Positions 1 through 11,999 of a stretch of 64,000 nucleotides of DNA are shown here, piece after piece. Source of the stretch: Neodothiora populina (taxonomy: Eukaryota); assembly GCF_041146345.1 (NCBI RefSeq), contig NW_027191413.1:2294001-2358000 (forward strand), read 5' to 3'. Each line of letters starts with the position of its first letter. Position 1 is the stretch's first letter. A program made the translations under genes and the position numbers. The notes beneath the pieces were generated by a model, which saw nothing but the letters and a program-made list of their open reading frames with translations, did not search any database and was not told where the DNA came from.

Positions 1-1
1 C

Positions 2-367
2 GTCAAGAACTTGCCATTCGAAGCCACCAAGAAGGATATCAGGGCCTTGTTCGGTGCATATGGACAGCTCCGATCCGTTCGCGTTCCCAAGAAATTCGAC
101 AAAGGAGCTCGTGGTTTTGCTTTCGCCGACTTCACAACACCAAAGGAAGCAGAGAACGCCATGGACGCTCTCCGCGATACTCATTTGCTTGGACGTAGGT
201 TGGTACTCGACTTTGCCGCCGAAGAATCCGAAGACGCCGAGGCCGAGATCGAGAAGATGCAACAGAAAGCCGGCTCACAACTCAACAAGGTTGCTTTGCA
301 GAAGCTCACCGGCGCAGGTCGCAAAAAATTCAGAGTTGGTGATGATCAAGATATGGCAGAGGACTGA
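2..367 (+). CDS. MRD1: Multiple RNA-binding domain protein 1, C-terminal RRM (5' truncated by window)
   Basis: Reads VKNLPFEATKKDIRALFGAYGQLRSVRVPKK...RGFAFADF...HLLGRRLVLDFA. RNP2/RNP1 motifs and tail typical of the last RRM of Mrd1/RBM19. Confidence 0.9.
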   Translation, partial: VKNLPFEATKKDIRALFGAYGQLRSVRVPKKFDKGARGFAFADFTTPKEAENAMDALRDTHLLGRRLVLDFAAEESEDAEAEIEKMQQKAGSQLNKVALQKLTGAGRKKFRVGDDQDMAED

Positions 368-1111
368 GCAACCCCCACCCGAACTTGGCTTCCGGGTGGT
401 GTGTCGACCCTCACCCCTTGCGTTCCCACTAGGCTCTGCAATCCAAATTCCTCCCTTGGCTTTGCTTACCATACGCAGGTCAATTTTACTTTCAATCGGC
501 AACGGCAATATATGATTGTGCCACGCTCAAGGTTGGTCATTTCGTCATGTTGTGTGTCACCAATCACCTGTCACGCTGATCGTATTATTCTGCATTCCTT
601 CTTCGTCGTTCGAGATTAGCACTTCCCCAAAGGCATCCCTATATTTGGGACGTAGGGTGCAAGTGATTGGAACCACCCCGGTGGCCAAAGTCGTCATGTA
701 AGAGACCCTTGCTGCCCATAAGATTACTGTCGCTCAAGAGCAATTCTATGCGATCGCTGCACAACCACCTCTCGGCTACAGAGGAAGGTTCAACCGTTAG
801 TTCTCTCACTACTCCTGCCTGACAGCGCCTCTGAGATTGGCCTATCCATCTCATGTATGTCAACTACAGGCGCACTGATCTGGCTCCCTTGGAGACTGGC
901 CAACGATGTATAAACAAAGCCATAGGCCATGACATTACAGTTATCTAGACCTGTCTTTACTAGGACCATTCTTTCCTTCAAATATTCTTATAATCCAACT
1001 TTCTACGTTCCTTACGATTGCAAACCGGCTTCACAACATTTCTCTCATTGTGAAGCGATCTCTCTTATCATCATAACATTCTTCACTTGAGATCATTCCA
1101 GAAGTGGGACC

Positions 1112-4100
1112 ATGGGCCACGTCATCCGCACTCCAATCGTGCCATCAAACGCTCCGCCTCTGAAAGGTGCCGACAAGCAAATGCCGATGTTGGAAGATGG
1201 ATGGAATGACAAGCACTTCGGCTTTCCTCCAACACGCACTTGCAACCTTGTTCAAGATACGGAGGAGCTCAGTGACATTGAAGAAAGCGGTTTCCATAAT
1301 GCCGTTCCTACCAACCGACAACTTGTCCGACAATATCAGGCTCAGGGTCGACAGTATGAACGCTATGATCCGCGGAACGAGAGAGAACAGGATGCCATTG
1401 CGAAGAAGCTGGCGGCCCTCTTTGCTCAATGTGAAGGCTATCGCAATTACCGCAAACGTCAGCCGAAGGAGGGAAAGGGGAAGGAGGAACAGAAATGGCC
1501 AGATCATCTCGAGGAGGCCTTCTTGAGAGGTTTGTAATCTATGTCGAAGGTTGAGAGCTCCTCAACTGATTGTTTATCTCACAGCGCTTGTCCGTTGGCC
1601 ACCCGTCGGCCGCAAGAAACATTCTCCTCGCCCTGGTATGAAGGCAATGGGTCGCAATGAACTCATTTCTGACTACATACTGCAACTCACAGGCGAACTG
1701 AGGCATAGAAAACAGATATCTAGCCATATTCAGACGCTGAAAGAGTTCGTCCGTATCGAACCCGATAGTGAGACCTACCTTAGTCACCAGTATACTTTGT
1801 TAGACTGACAATATTGCTAGTCATGTGTTACTTGTCGAGTGCAGCATACAAGAAACATCCAAGTCGAGACAACGCAGCATTAGCCCGACGGCAGGCCTCA
1901 ACGTACCCTGTCACGTCACACCAGCTTTTCTCCCCTAACAGATTCCGATCAAGCAGACAAGCACACTCAGCTCTGCATGAACATCTGCATCTTATCCTTG
2001 ATGAGTTTCAGATGTACATACGTACACCAGCGCAGACTGAGCATAGCGGACCCGAGATTGTGCACACTTATACTAGCTATGAGCCGGTCAGTTTTGGTAA
2101 CGGTGACAACAATGTGGTACGATCGATCCAAATGAAAGACATATGTGAGCTCTGGCGTATCCACCCTTGCATTGCCATGCTCAAACCCATTCGTCCCCAA
2201 ACTGGCCGCACCTTGCACATTGATGCCACGCTCTCCCTCCATGATACTCAGCAAGTGTGCTCCAATCCGGATATCGAATTGGCTATCTCATTTGCTTTTC
2301 ATGGCCCCCCAGTGTCCACAAGTAGAGCAGCGACGGCGTCACACCCTCGGCCCAACACAAGCTTGCCTCGCCTCGCTTGTCGCACGAAAATTTACATCAA
2401 CGGCGAACTAGAAGACCCTCTCGACACTAGCACCGGCATGCCCGAGCCTGCCAGGTTTGACAAGGTAGATGTGACCACAGTTGACGACGTGAATCAGAGA
2501 GAGTCAAGGACCGAGTATGTAGTCACGAACTTCCGATCAGTGTTCTGGGCTGGGTTATTCTGGCGTCTTGCTCGTGATCAGCAGACTGCTGACATCCTTG
2601 CTTCTACACCGCTTGCGGAAGACGAGCATGAAACATTAGAAGCACGCCGGACTCAAGTCACCAGGATAAGAGAAGCGGTCGAGGAAGAAATCAACAGTGT
2701 GACTGCGGTCCAAGATATTGTTGCAAGTCTACAGCCCGACGGCGCGGACACAGAGACGGTACTCACGATTTTCTGGACGTTCCAGCTCGCGAAGGAGGGA
2801 GAAAGAGGGCGCACGACTTGCGATGAGATCGTCATTGCCCCTTCTGCTTCTACAATGTCTGGTGGCAAAAAGGGGCAAGGCCCAAAAGCGCGACGAGAGC
2901 AACACCGACGACTCGAGGCCGACCGGAACAGAGCGAAGTCTCAAGAAGTACCAAATCTATGGCAACAGTATGCTCAGCTTCCACAGAATCGGTCACAAAC
3001 AGTGTCACGTCATGGCTTCCACACTCACTGTGAGAACAATAACCCTTTTTCGTATATCTACGACCAGATCTCTTCGTTAGATCATGTCAACGTTGGCGCG
3101 GACGCTACTCTGAATCCTTTTGGTTTCTCATCCCAGGAAAGCTCAGAGAGCTACAGCGGCCAGTATTTGCAGCAGTATGCTAGTATCATGAAGTCTGCCT
3201 CGCCCAACGGTTGTTCCGTAGGAGGCTCTTCAGCTTTGGTGGCACTCAAATCACCAATGTTCTTCGATCAGCAGATCAATGAGGGAGCCGACAGTGACGC
3301 GGTAGTTGAGGACGTATGGCCCTGTGTAGGAGCTGTCCTACCTTATGCTGCCGTTCCTGCTCAGAACTATTACCAGTCATTCTTGGAAAGTATGCAGTAT
3401 CAGCGACCTAGTTTCTACTCCGATTCTTACTTCGACTCGGGCTATCGCGCTACTGCAGCAGGTAATGGAATCGACCTTCCTGGGGAGTCTAGCGTCTCTA
3501 TCACCTTATTTCCCGAACAGGATCAACACCAGGCTCAAAGTCAAGCAATTCCGACCTCGACATCATCTCAGAACCAAAGCCATGGCGGTTCGATCATGGC
3601 TACCAGTATGGAAGACTTCAAAGCTCTTACAGCCTCGGATGTTGATCGCCATCGGCACACCACTGATCCGTTGCTCCTTGAGCCGAACGTGCGTAGTACT
3701 TGGAACGACACTACAGACAAACATATTGTCAATCCACCGGGCTTTCAGATACTTCCTAGTCAACATGTCGCCCAAGGCATTACTTCTTGTATCAACCGCG
3801 AGCACGACATACACTCGAAGTATATAGGAGCTCACGGCTCAGACCAGTATGGCATCATGCAGCTGCAACAAGCACAGCAAGCTCCTCTCAAGCCTGGTCC
3901 CGGTCCTCATGACGATCAATACAAGGATGGACTTGTAATCCATCAGCCTCGCCCTCTTCGCATCAATGTGCCCCTGCGCAGCACTCACGGCCAAATCGAG
4001 CAGGTAAGCGAAGCAAGACGTTATCGACGTCAAGCCTTCGCTGGTGCCGCGAGTTGGAATACTGGCGCTGCCACCCTAGACGAGCAAGCTCGGCAATTTG

Positions 4101-4465
4101 ATGGTCGCACTGATGGCAACATGGAGGCCGACAATGAAGACGCAATACGAGGAGTCAGCATACAACATAGTCCCTGGGGGCTACATGGACAAGAAGAGCA
4201 CGAGCTGGATCACTTGTCATCGTCACGGCTTGAGGTGTCTCCTGAACTGGGCTTTGTCGCAACCACTACTGCTGCTGTTGCCGAGTCATATCGACTTCCT
4301 GCGGATGCTTTGGCATTGAGTGTCGTCTCGCCTGCTACTGCAGTCGACTCCCCGACAGTCGCAGACTATACACTGGCATATAGCCAGGATCATCACAGCT
4401 ATGATGCCAAACTCATCGTCGAGGAAGACAGTGTGATGGAAGATAATCCGATGGGAAACAATTAG
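1112..4465 (+). CDS. TEA/ATTS-domain transcription factor (AbaA/Tec1-like), 3 exons
   Basis: Spliced TEA domain QKWPDHLEEAF..ALVRWPPVGRKK..GRNELISDYI..RHRKQISSHIQTLK. GT-AG introns at 1530-1584 and 1768-1820 join three ORF pieces. Long low-complexity C-terminus. Confidence 0.85.
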
Positions 4466-4577
4466 GTGTCAAGTCGAACAGTTTATTCGATGACATTGAC
4501 AACGAAACATGAAGAAGCTTGGGAGAGACTTGTGCGAGCACGATCTATGAGGTATGTAATGGTAAGATGCATGCTCT

Positions 4578-4599
4578 GAGAGAGAGAGAGAGAGAGAGA
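4578..4599. repeat. (GA)n microsatellite
   Basis: About 11 consecutive GA units downstream of the TEA gene. Confidence 0.9.
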
Positions 4600-5113
4600 A
4601 AGAAGAAATACTCAAAGATTAAGGAGCGAATTGTGGTACAGCGATGGGGCAGAAAAGTTATAAGATTGTCGGCTCTTGGGTTCAGTGGTCACGGGGCGAG
4701 TCGAGACTCATGTGGGAGTGAGGTGGACGATTGTAATGCTAAGTCTTGGTTCCTTGTTTTCTGTCCTTGCTTTTCGCCTGTCAAGTAATTTTGTACTTCA
4801 TTCGTTTATGGAGATGGCATTTCTCGACGTCATGGTAGAAGTTCAACCACGCAATCACAGTCTTTACCGCTTGTTTTGTAGCCTTTCCACCATCTCTTAG
4901 TCCGTACACAAGAGTCACACAAAGTTCCACAAAGATACCAGATTTACTTTTAGGTTTGATGTATATCTCTAACCATTTCCTTCCATCTACCGTCTAAGCC
5001 ACAGTCTACACAAGACCGACCAGTCCTTACTCGGAAAATGGAGACGGCCGGAGACAGCTATATTCTTCACGTGGACAGAGAGAAAGAAAGATCTACAACT
5101 TCGCCCGAGACAG

Positions 5114-6303
5114 TCACTGGCCCTCGGTCTTGGGCTGAACAAGACCCAGCTTCTCGGCTTGGTCCTTGTGCTCGTCCCAATCAGGTCGGGGCAGCTCGAT
5201 GCCCTCGGTCACTCTGCCGTAGGTGATGCCGCCCAATCTGGCCACTGGGCGAAGGATCTGTGTTGCACAATGTCAGCTCATGTCTCAAACATACAATTCC
5301 TACGAGAAGTGGATGAGAAGAAAGGGTGAGGAAAGAGAGCGACATACCGCGGGATCAACAATGTTCTTATCGGCATTAATAGCATCTTCGCGAGCCCAGA
5401 ACCTCACGCCCTCGAGAATAGCCAGGACATTCGTCTTCTTGCCAGGCGTCGCCTTGCTCTCGAACTCCTTGGTCTCCATCAACTTACACTCGACGGCGAA
5501 GACAGCCTCCTTGACTCTGGACGCCTTGACCTGCGAGCAAGGCGCGGGCGTCAGCCCCGTGAGCGCCCATTCGGAAATGCCGTAGGGCGCGTTGATGGAT
5601 GTCGCGTTGGCGGCTTCGAGGAAGTGCTCGCTGACGATGTTGATGACGCACTCGCCGGTCTCGAGAAGGTTCTTGAATGAGTCCTTGGCGTTGGCGACGC
5701 CGCCTGCGTGTGAAACGATGAAGATTGGTGGGTCGTGGTTTACGAGCTGGGTGTAGGAGTAGGGGGCCAGGTTGGAACTCTTGCCTGAGGGGTGGAGTCA
5801 GTGTCAAGCGGATCTGATGTCGCTTGCCCATATCTTGAAAATCACTCCGGGAGGTTGTCGCCACTTACCATCTTTCGAGGTTGTAGAGATGAACCCGATG
5901 GGGCGCGGGATGATGGTCGAGATGAGCAACTTGTAGTTGAACACGGCCGGCCTTCCCTCCTCGTAAGGGTCAATCTCAACCTGTCACGGTACCATATCAG
6001 CACTTCCCATCTCTGTACTAAACTCATATCAAGGAAAAGAAAACGCACGTGATCATATTTCTGACTCGCTCCTCCATCATTAGCACCATCGCCCAACTTC
6101 CAGTCCGGGTTTCGGGTCTTGTGAAACTCCCACTTCGTGTTCTCATTCCAGTCTGGCCTCGAGGCCTCGACCTTCTTGAAGTCTGGGTGCGGGTTGCGCT
6201 GGACGTGTTTCTCAGCGTCGAGGGCTGGCGGGGCCGCCGCCTCGTTGACCTTGTGCTCGGCTGCAGTGGGGTCCTGGGTGCGTTGTTCTTTGTCCGAACT
6301 CAT
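5114..6303 (-). CDS. Flavin reductase-like FMN-binding split-barrel protein (flavoprotein oxygenase family), 4 exons
   Basis: Spliced translation MSSDKEQ..RNPHPDFKKVEASRPDW..NYKLLISTIIPRPIGFISTTSKDG..NLAPYSY..HDPP..KDSFKNLLETGECVINIVSE..SEWALTGLTP..LRPVARLGGITYGRVTEGIELPRPDW. Three GT-AG introns (~5259-5346, ~5785-5868, ~5982-6047). Confidence 0.9.
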
Positions 6304-7113
6304 CTTTGCTCTTTGCAATGCGCTGTAGAAGAAATGCTGTGGGGGGTGAGCAGTGGATTATGTATGGATTTGTTTTCTATGATGACGAGGAAGTTGTATT
6401 TACCCTAGGGCATCCATGAGTTTCCGGCACTTCTTCAGCGATTGTATCCACCATATTTCGATACCCCACAGGAGGGTCCGTGAATTAGAGATAGAGATGT
6501 CGTAATTCCGCTCGCGGGGCACGTAAACTCCGCGTTATTACCAATTACCGGATACCTTCTTTGTTTCTCCGATTCCAATTCTTGAATCAGAATGACGATT
6601 GTACAGTACCTCTCTGCTTGACAAGGTTTGTTTGGAGCTGCGAACTATGTTCGTCAATAAGATAGTGTTTTCAGTGTGAGATTGGAGGAGCTGCCTGTGA
6701 ATTCCCATTTCGTCCTCTCTTCTCGGATCTATTTTCTGCGCGGCAGACTTCCCGAAGTCGGTCTGGTAAGGACTGTGACCGCAATAGATGATAATCGGGC
6801 TGTCAAATTCACAATGTTGCCTCTGTACTAGGTTCCAACCTCGATGGAGCGTACAGCAGCCATTGTTTATACACATACTGCTCTACTATTCTGTGAAGTT
6901 GACATTAGGAGGATGCCTTACTTCCAGGCGCCACTAGTACGTCACGGCATAAATATTTACAGTACCTTACCTTAGTACAGTGGAAAGGCGGGGTCCTTAT
7001 CTCTGCTTATACAGTGGCATATATTCAACATTCCATCTTCTATGTCGAGAGTATCGTATTGACTAGTAAACACTGCACCTACCTAGAGTGACTCTTTGTG
7101 ACCGTGCACGACA

Positions 7114-8462
7114 ATGTCTCACGACTACAAGACATACGCCCTGGGCGACTTTGAGCTCAAGAACGGAGAATTAATCCCCTCTGCGTACATAGCGTACAAG
7201 ACATTCGGCGACCCAAAATCGCCAGCTATAATCTATCCTACATGGTACAGTGGCGCGATATCAGACAACGAATGGCTCATCGGCGAGGATAAAACCCTCA
7301 ACCCAAGCGAGTACTTCATAATCATAACCGCTCTGTTCGGCAACGGTCAGTCCTCGTCTCCCTCCAACTTCCCAGACCTGAGGCCTTTTCCTAAAGTCCT
7401 CTTCTATGATAATGTTCATGCCCAGCACAGACTCGTCACCGAGCATTTGGGTATAAACCATGCGTTTGCTGTCTTGGGCTGGAGCATGGGCGCCGGTCAA
7501 ACATATCAGTGGGCGACCCAATACCCCGATTTCATGGACAAGACTGTGCCCTTCTGCGGGTCGGCCAAGACGTCCTTGCATAATCAGGTGTTCCTCGAAG
7601 GCGTCAAGGTCGCGCTAGTTGCGCCAAAAGGTGCTTCTTCAGGCGGCATCTGCAAAGGCGAAGTCCATTCATCTGGGTACAGGGCGTTCTCGGACGAAGA
7701 GCGTCAAGTGGGTCTTAAGGCTTTAGGTCGAGTTTATGCAGGTTGGGGCTTCAGTCAAGCGTTTTATCGGGACAGGTTGTATGAGAATGTGCTTGGGTAC
7801 AAGGATCTCGAGAGGTTTGTCCGGTCCAATCGGTGCTGTCGCTCCTTGCTGATTTGAAAAATGATAGCTTCATGGTCGAGTTTTGGGAGGCATGGGCACT
7901 TTCGAAAGGCAAGCGCAGTTATGCATGGTTGCAATTCCACTAGCCCGCTGACTGATGCGACCCGTAGACCCCGAGAACATGCTGTGTATGTTATACACGT
8001 GGCAGGCTGGAGACGTCTCAGCACAAGAACCATACAACGACGACTTCGAAGCGGCCATGAAAGGAATCAAGGCCAAGACCTTGGTTCTGCCCGGCAAGAC
8101 GGACTTATATTTCCCGTGAGTCATGCTTCAGCTCCTTCAGGTGCTCGTAATAACATGTGCTATCTGCAGTCCTGAAGACTCCGAGTGTGAGGTTCAATGC
8201 ATGAGGCCGGGTGTTGGCGTCTGCGAAGCATTCCCGTCGATATGGGGACACTGGGCTGGAGGTGTGTGTATTTACCGAAATAATTTGCTCATGTCACTGA
8301 TGAAGCTGTCATACAGGACCAGGACAAAGCACAGAAGATGTCAAATGGTTGGACAAGAAGCTCAAGGAGTTCTTTGCCGATACTAGTGTGGCGAGCTTGT
8401 CGCAGCTTATTGAGAAAGCAATCTGGAAGATGGATGGAGATGTGGCAAAACAAATCAAGTGA
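7114..8462 (+). CDS. Homoserine O-acetyltransferase (MetX)-like alpha/beta hydrolase, 5 exons
   Basis: AYKTFG, GNGQSSSPSN, nucleophile elbow GWSMG, acid TDLYFP, His IWGHWAG. Introns 7815-7867, 7909-7967 (GC-AG), 8116-8169 and 8262-8316 give one continuous frame. Confidence 0.88.
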
Positions 8463-8567
8463 TATTGCTTGATTGACCAGTATGTACATATGTACATGAA
8501 TAGGCGCACCGTGCACCGAAGATGGGTGTGTGAGGGGGTATCATAGGAAAGAAAGAAATTCGTTCAA

Positions 8568-8882
8568 TCATTTATCATCGTAGTCGACCCCATCGAAGAG
8601 ATCAAGAAGAACTTGCAGCATAGGGGCACAGAGCTCGCCTGCTTCATCCCCCGCATCACCACCAAAGACATGCACACGCCTAGCGTTTGTATGATCCTCG
8701 GAGTCGCTGCAGGCTGAGGCCGGAGATCCTGGTCTATTGATGCTGGGAGCAGAGATAAATGGAAGCGACTGGATCGTTGATGGATAGGCGACTTCGTTGG
8801 GCACAGACCCAATGTTGCCTGTATTGCCTGTGTTTCTTCTTGGTCTGCTTCTAGTGCGCTTCCTGTTGTGGCGTTGACCCAT
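8568..8882 (-). CDS. Small hypothetical protein (104 aa) with basic N-terminus and acidic C-terminal motif
   Basis: Clean ATG-start ORF MGQRHNRKRTRSRPRR...FGGDAGDEAGELCAPMLQVLLDLFDGVDYDDK, preceded on the minus strand by a TATATA (~9006-9012) and a CT-rich leader. Confidence 0.65.
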   Translation of the reverse strand: MGQRHNRKRTRSRPRRNTGNTGNIGSVPNEVAYPSTIQSLPFISAPSINRPGSPASACSDSEDHTNARRVHVFGGDAGDEAGELCAPMLQVLLDLFDGVDYDDK

Positions 8883-9581
8883 GTTGAAAAAGTGGATATG
8901 GAATGCGCAAGTAGTAGGAAAATAGTAAAAGGAAAGGCTTGCAAAAGAAAGGAGATAGATGGATGGTATGTAGTGAAGACAGACAGCCTACCTTTGTCCC
9001 TGCTCCTATATACTTGACTGCTATCTTAGGCTTCAACGTGGCGGGTACCCGATCTCGGAATAACGTGACTCTTCTGCAAGTGTCACATTTTTGTGCTACT
9101 TTGTGACTGGTCTAGGCGCAAACCAGATGCACAGAAATCCATCGAACAAGCTCGTACGCTCTGCTCGAGGTTCGAGATCCGAGGCGGATCTGGGTGTGTG
9201 ACTCATCGGGCAAACATGGAGGCTCCGTCCGCCAAGGCTAGACTTTGGTCCCATGACCCGGCTTTCACCAGCTTGGAGCCGTCCGTCGATACCAAATTTT
9301 ATGACTGCTTTAGGACCACATCTCGAACGATTGTGACACAGACGACTGCACATGTGACTACTGCTGCGCCTTTTATGATGGGAACTAATAAGTGTCATCA
9401 TCGATACTGACACAATTTACACAATATATTCATGTCGAAATCACGTTACGGCTTACAATGAAATAGCGAATATATGGAACCCTATGAAATTGAATCTGAT
9501 CGAGCTTGTGACCATTGTCAGATCTGCCTTCGATTTCTACAAAGCAAGGGTTTAGGCAGCACATCATCCTAGGCAACACGA

Positions 9582-11196
9582 TCAGGTGAAGAGGACGGCC
9601 TCGTTCAGTCTCATGCCAACCTCATAGTCGTCTTTCAGCTCGTGTGGTCGTAGATGATATTGCCGATGATTAGAATCTTTCGCAAGGCGACGGTCGTCCA
9701 TGTCCGACATGTGGTTGGCTCCCAGATTGTCGCATGCGGCAATCAAATTTGCCGGAGTTATTCTCAAAGCTGAGGTAGGATTGAGGCAAGCTCGGATCGT
9801 ATCAATCAGATCTGTACTGTATGCAGCAGCCATGTTGGTCATAGGTTGCCCCCAGTTGATAATTGGGGTGGTTGCATAGATGATCTGGTGTTGAGAAGGA
9901 TGGTCTAGCAGCATCATCATGTGACGAACTGTCTGACCAATCTGCCATATGTTCGTGGCATACGAATGTCGACCTGGGCCCCCCATTGGGAACCCATGAG
10001 CCTTGAAAATCCTATCCATCTCTGGAGCCAGATAACCAAGAGTCGTCCCATCGCGCCAGCCACGTGAGTTGGATCCATCGCCAGGGAATGTGACACGCGC
10101 CGATCCAAAGTCCCCAAGCTTAGCGCGAGGGTACACAGGATATGACGAGGCGACCGCTGGGGCGAGAAAAATATTCGACGGCTTGATATCTGGCGATTTC
10201 GAAATGCGTCAGTATGGTCCAATATAATGATAACCGGCTGGACACGCCTACCTTGATGGACGACCTGGGCAACATGTAACCACTGAGGATAGTCTTCGGA
10301 TTGGTTTATTTGAGGGAAACGTTGCATTATGTCAGCCGCCGCCGCCATTCGCCGGAGTGCAAACCAGCAGAAAGGCTCTGGAAACGGCTGCCCAGGAACA
10401 GTTACTACTGAACCATCGTCAAGACTTTGCCTAAGACCAGTCAACAATATCCGCTGTTGCTCACGACACCATGATCTGTACTTACTGTCCACCAATGTGA
10501 ATGTCCAATAGATGTTGAAGAGTCTGATAGCCGACCATCTCCATGTAGATTCTGTAGCGCCTGTTCACTTCGTCCACGCTGTATGCCAGTGTTCGGGCTA
10601 TACTGTCATGTGCGAGCATCATCGCGACCATAGCCTCACGAGGCGCATCATATTTCTGCAAGTGCCCTTCTATCCACCACTCCCCCTCGTCATCAAATTT
10701 GTCGCGGCGAGGTTGGATTTCTTTCACGACCTGTGTACACGTGGTGAGCTTTACCTTGCCGCCGATGTTGTTCACTTACCATTCTCTCCAGTATTCGATG
10801 AGTTCTTCGATTATATCTGACCCACAAGCCCGACCTTCCGAATCCGCCTCGTCCTAGGAGTTTGACCCCCTGCCAGTAGTCCTCGCTTGTAGCTGGGCGT
10901 CGATGTGGGCCTCGCAGGAAGGTGGCATTATCTTCGACAGGAACAGCAGGCGCCGGAGGCGAAAGAGCAGATATCTCAACCACGCTGGAGTCTGCCACGT
11001 CTTCATGGTCATCGCCAGCCATTACTGTGTCCTGATCATCATGAGTGTCCCCTCCACCAGGTGCGGCATCAGCCATAGCTTGGTCACTGTCAGTTCCCGT
11101 CGTGCCTGTCGTACCAAGGGTGAGAGGAGGAGGCTGCTGTGCTCCGATCATGGTTCGATTCAGGGGTCTCCCTGTATTGCCGATCCGATCTCCCAT
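9582..11196 (-). CDS. Ser/Thr protein kinase, divergent non-RD (HQD) type, multi-exon
   Basis: LGRGGFG Gly-loop, VVKE lysine, spliced catalytic loop HQ|DIKPSN, KLGDFGSA, YLAPEM. GT-AG introns join four ORF fragments. Confidence 0.85.
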
Positions 11197-11999
11197 GCTC
11201 AATGTTTTTTGAATGACAGGCTTCTATTCTATGTCGTATACTTTGCTCACGCTAGATGGACAGATTTGTGCAAGAAGATTGAGTGGGTTGATGGTAGACT
11301 GCGAACTGGGATTTTAAGGAAAGCATCACTATAGTGCCAGATTGGCACCGCATCCGGTCGAGTCATTTCGACGCTTGCGTCGATACGTTGTGTATTTGGT
11401 ACGAAGAAATAAGGAAGAAAAATTCACCTGAAATCATACTTGGCCGTAGTGTGGTGTGTATCATTTGAAGCGAAACAAAGAAATCCATTCCTTGGGACAG
11501 AACAAAGCCAGAGTGGTAGTAGCCTTCGAGGTTGTTTTCGGTACCGACATGATGTCGAATACAGACCCATTGATATTGTGAGCTCACAAGTGGGTATGTA
11601 TCGGTAGAAAGTTGGCGTCCTTGAAATCTAGTAAGATGCCTTGTAGCATCATTTATATCGCGATATATCCGTGGTGACACATCATATACAAGAGTAGGCA
11701 AGGTGTGCTGCCAATCTCAGGGCAGGTTACGACTACATGACAACTGCTCTCAAGCGGCATCAATCACATGATTCCCCTTGTATGCGTTCGGAAATGCTGT
11801 TACCGATTCAACAGTCAAGAGTGAAGTGAAATTGACAGTCGCACTTCCAACGCCAAGAAGAGAAGTTGGTAATCATTCCCAGGAGATTCGCAAGCGAGCT
11901 CCCGCCAAAAATGCTCCATATCGTACCTTAGCAGAATCAGAAAAATCAAAAGAGGCAAAACGAAAACACCTCATTACAACAGCAAAAGCAAAAGAAAAA

